Notes under the pieces: model-generated | Databases searched by the model: none | What the model saw: the letters and a program-made list of their open reading frames with translations, nothing else | What the model was told of the DNA's origin: nothing | Shown: positions 63,054-64,000 of the stretch, piece after piece | Layout of the letters: every line of letters starts with the position of its first letter | Numbering within the stretch: the first letter of the stretch is position 1 | Made by a program: the position numbers and the translations under genes | DNA from: Mytilus edulis | Lineage: Eukaryota | Length of the DNA: 64,000 bases | Assembly: GCF_963676685.1 (NCBI RefSeq) | Contig: NC_092355.1 | Coordinates: forward strand, 63,550,001-63,614,000 | Direction: 5' to 3'

Positions 63054-64000
63054 TTTGTACTTCGTTGTTGATAATTTGTTCTAGTCCTGCATGAATAGGT
63101 ATGATATGAAATACCTGCCACTGGACATTTAGGAAGTTAAAGTAGCAACAATCAATCAATCATTATATCAGCTACTATACAATTGTACTTTTTGAGTACT
63201 TTGTTAGTACATTTGTATTAGATAGACAATATAGTGGCCTACCTGTACTTAACACCTGTACCTTGTCATATTGTTAACCCAGGAGGATGATATGTACTAA
63301 TAAATTATTAAGAAGATCACACCTGCTTAATATCCTGCTGTGGGGGGCTGTATAGTAATCAAAATTAATGGCCATTTTAGAAGGACAAATTATTTTAAAG
63401 CTTAGTTTTTACACTAACACATGTTGGAAGTCTGCAACCTTCAGATGTGACAGTTTACAAATATCTAAGAGTGTTTTTTGTCCATTAAGGAATTTTATGT
63501 TTACTCTTAAGATATTTTGATAGATTTTAATCCTAACTTGTCAGGACAATAAGGGTGACAGTTTGTTTACCTACAGATTTGATTTGTTTTCCATGTGCTG
63601 TTTTGTTGCTGTTTTATTGTCATCTCTGTGACTTGATCAAAATCATGTCTTTAGTAATGATCAACAAATAGGTCAACATTACACAAATTAAAGTCCTGGG
63701 TTTGTGCCTAAATTTGATGTCATCATGATATAATTTAGCATTTTATTTGATTTTGCGGGTTTATAATCTTGAAAACTATAACAGATATAGAGAAACTAAT
63801 ATAACTTTATTATAGCACAAATTAGACCCATTAAGAGGGCCAAAGGCATGACAATTACATGTGATAACAACAATATAATGATGACATTAAAATTTACATA
63901 AAAAATAAAAATAAACCAAAACATTAACAAATGACCTCAAGTGCCCCCTGTCCTCAGTCCCATAGATTGTTTAATAAAGGAGCCTAAAGATTTCACTTGC

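Noticed and set aside
47257-64000. EXT1 exon 4 or a nested protein-coding gene
   Set aside because: No peptide resembling the expected next exon (ILALRQQTQFLW-like) or any other convincing exon was found by eye; a short exon could have been missed

Overview
AT-rich animal genomic DNA with long introns. The repeat complement looks bivalve, probably a Mytilus-type mussel (inference from recalled repeat families). Two spliced genes were reconstructed by hand, arranged head-to-head about 10.5 kb apart: (i) a complete 7-exon DNAJC27/RBJ gene (Rab-like RJL GTPase plus J domain, 266 aa) on the minus strand, 8336-15099; (ii) the first three coding exons of EXT1 (exostosin-1/tout-velu) on the plus strand, 25631-47256, with a 19.8-kb first intron and the rest of the gene beyond the window. 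A possible EF-hand last exon lies at 2-70. The remainder is intron or intergenic DNA dense in non-autonomous transposons (TTAA-flanked Kolobok-like, TA-flanked Tc1/mariner-like, Helentron/HINE-like, a V-domain SINE, a MULE remnant, elements with 3-, 5- and 6-bp TSDs), satellites and a 584-N gap. There are no prokaryotic features or CRISPR arrays. The best leads are: three sequence-unrelated repeat families sharing one terminal-palindrome architecture (one copy forms the start of the DNAJC27 3'UTR); a stack of uORFs before EXT1; a degenerate hammerhead ribozyme; an EXT1 intron displaced 19 nt from the human position; and a perfect 42-bp-arm hairpin. None is proven to be a new system.
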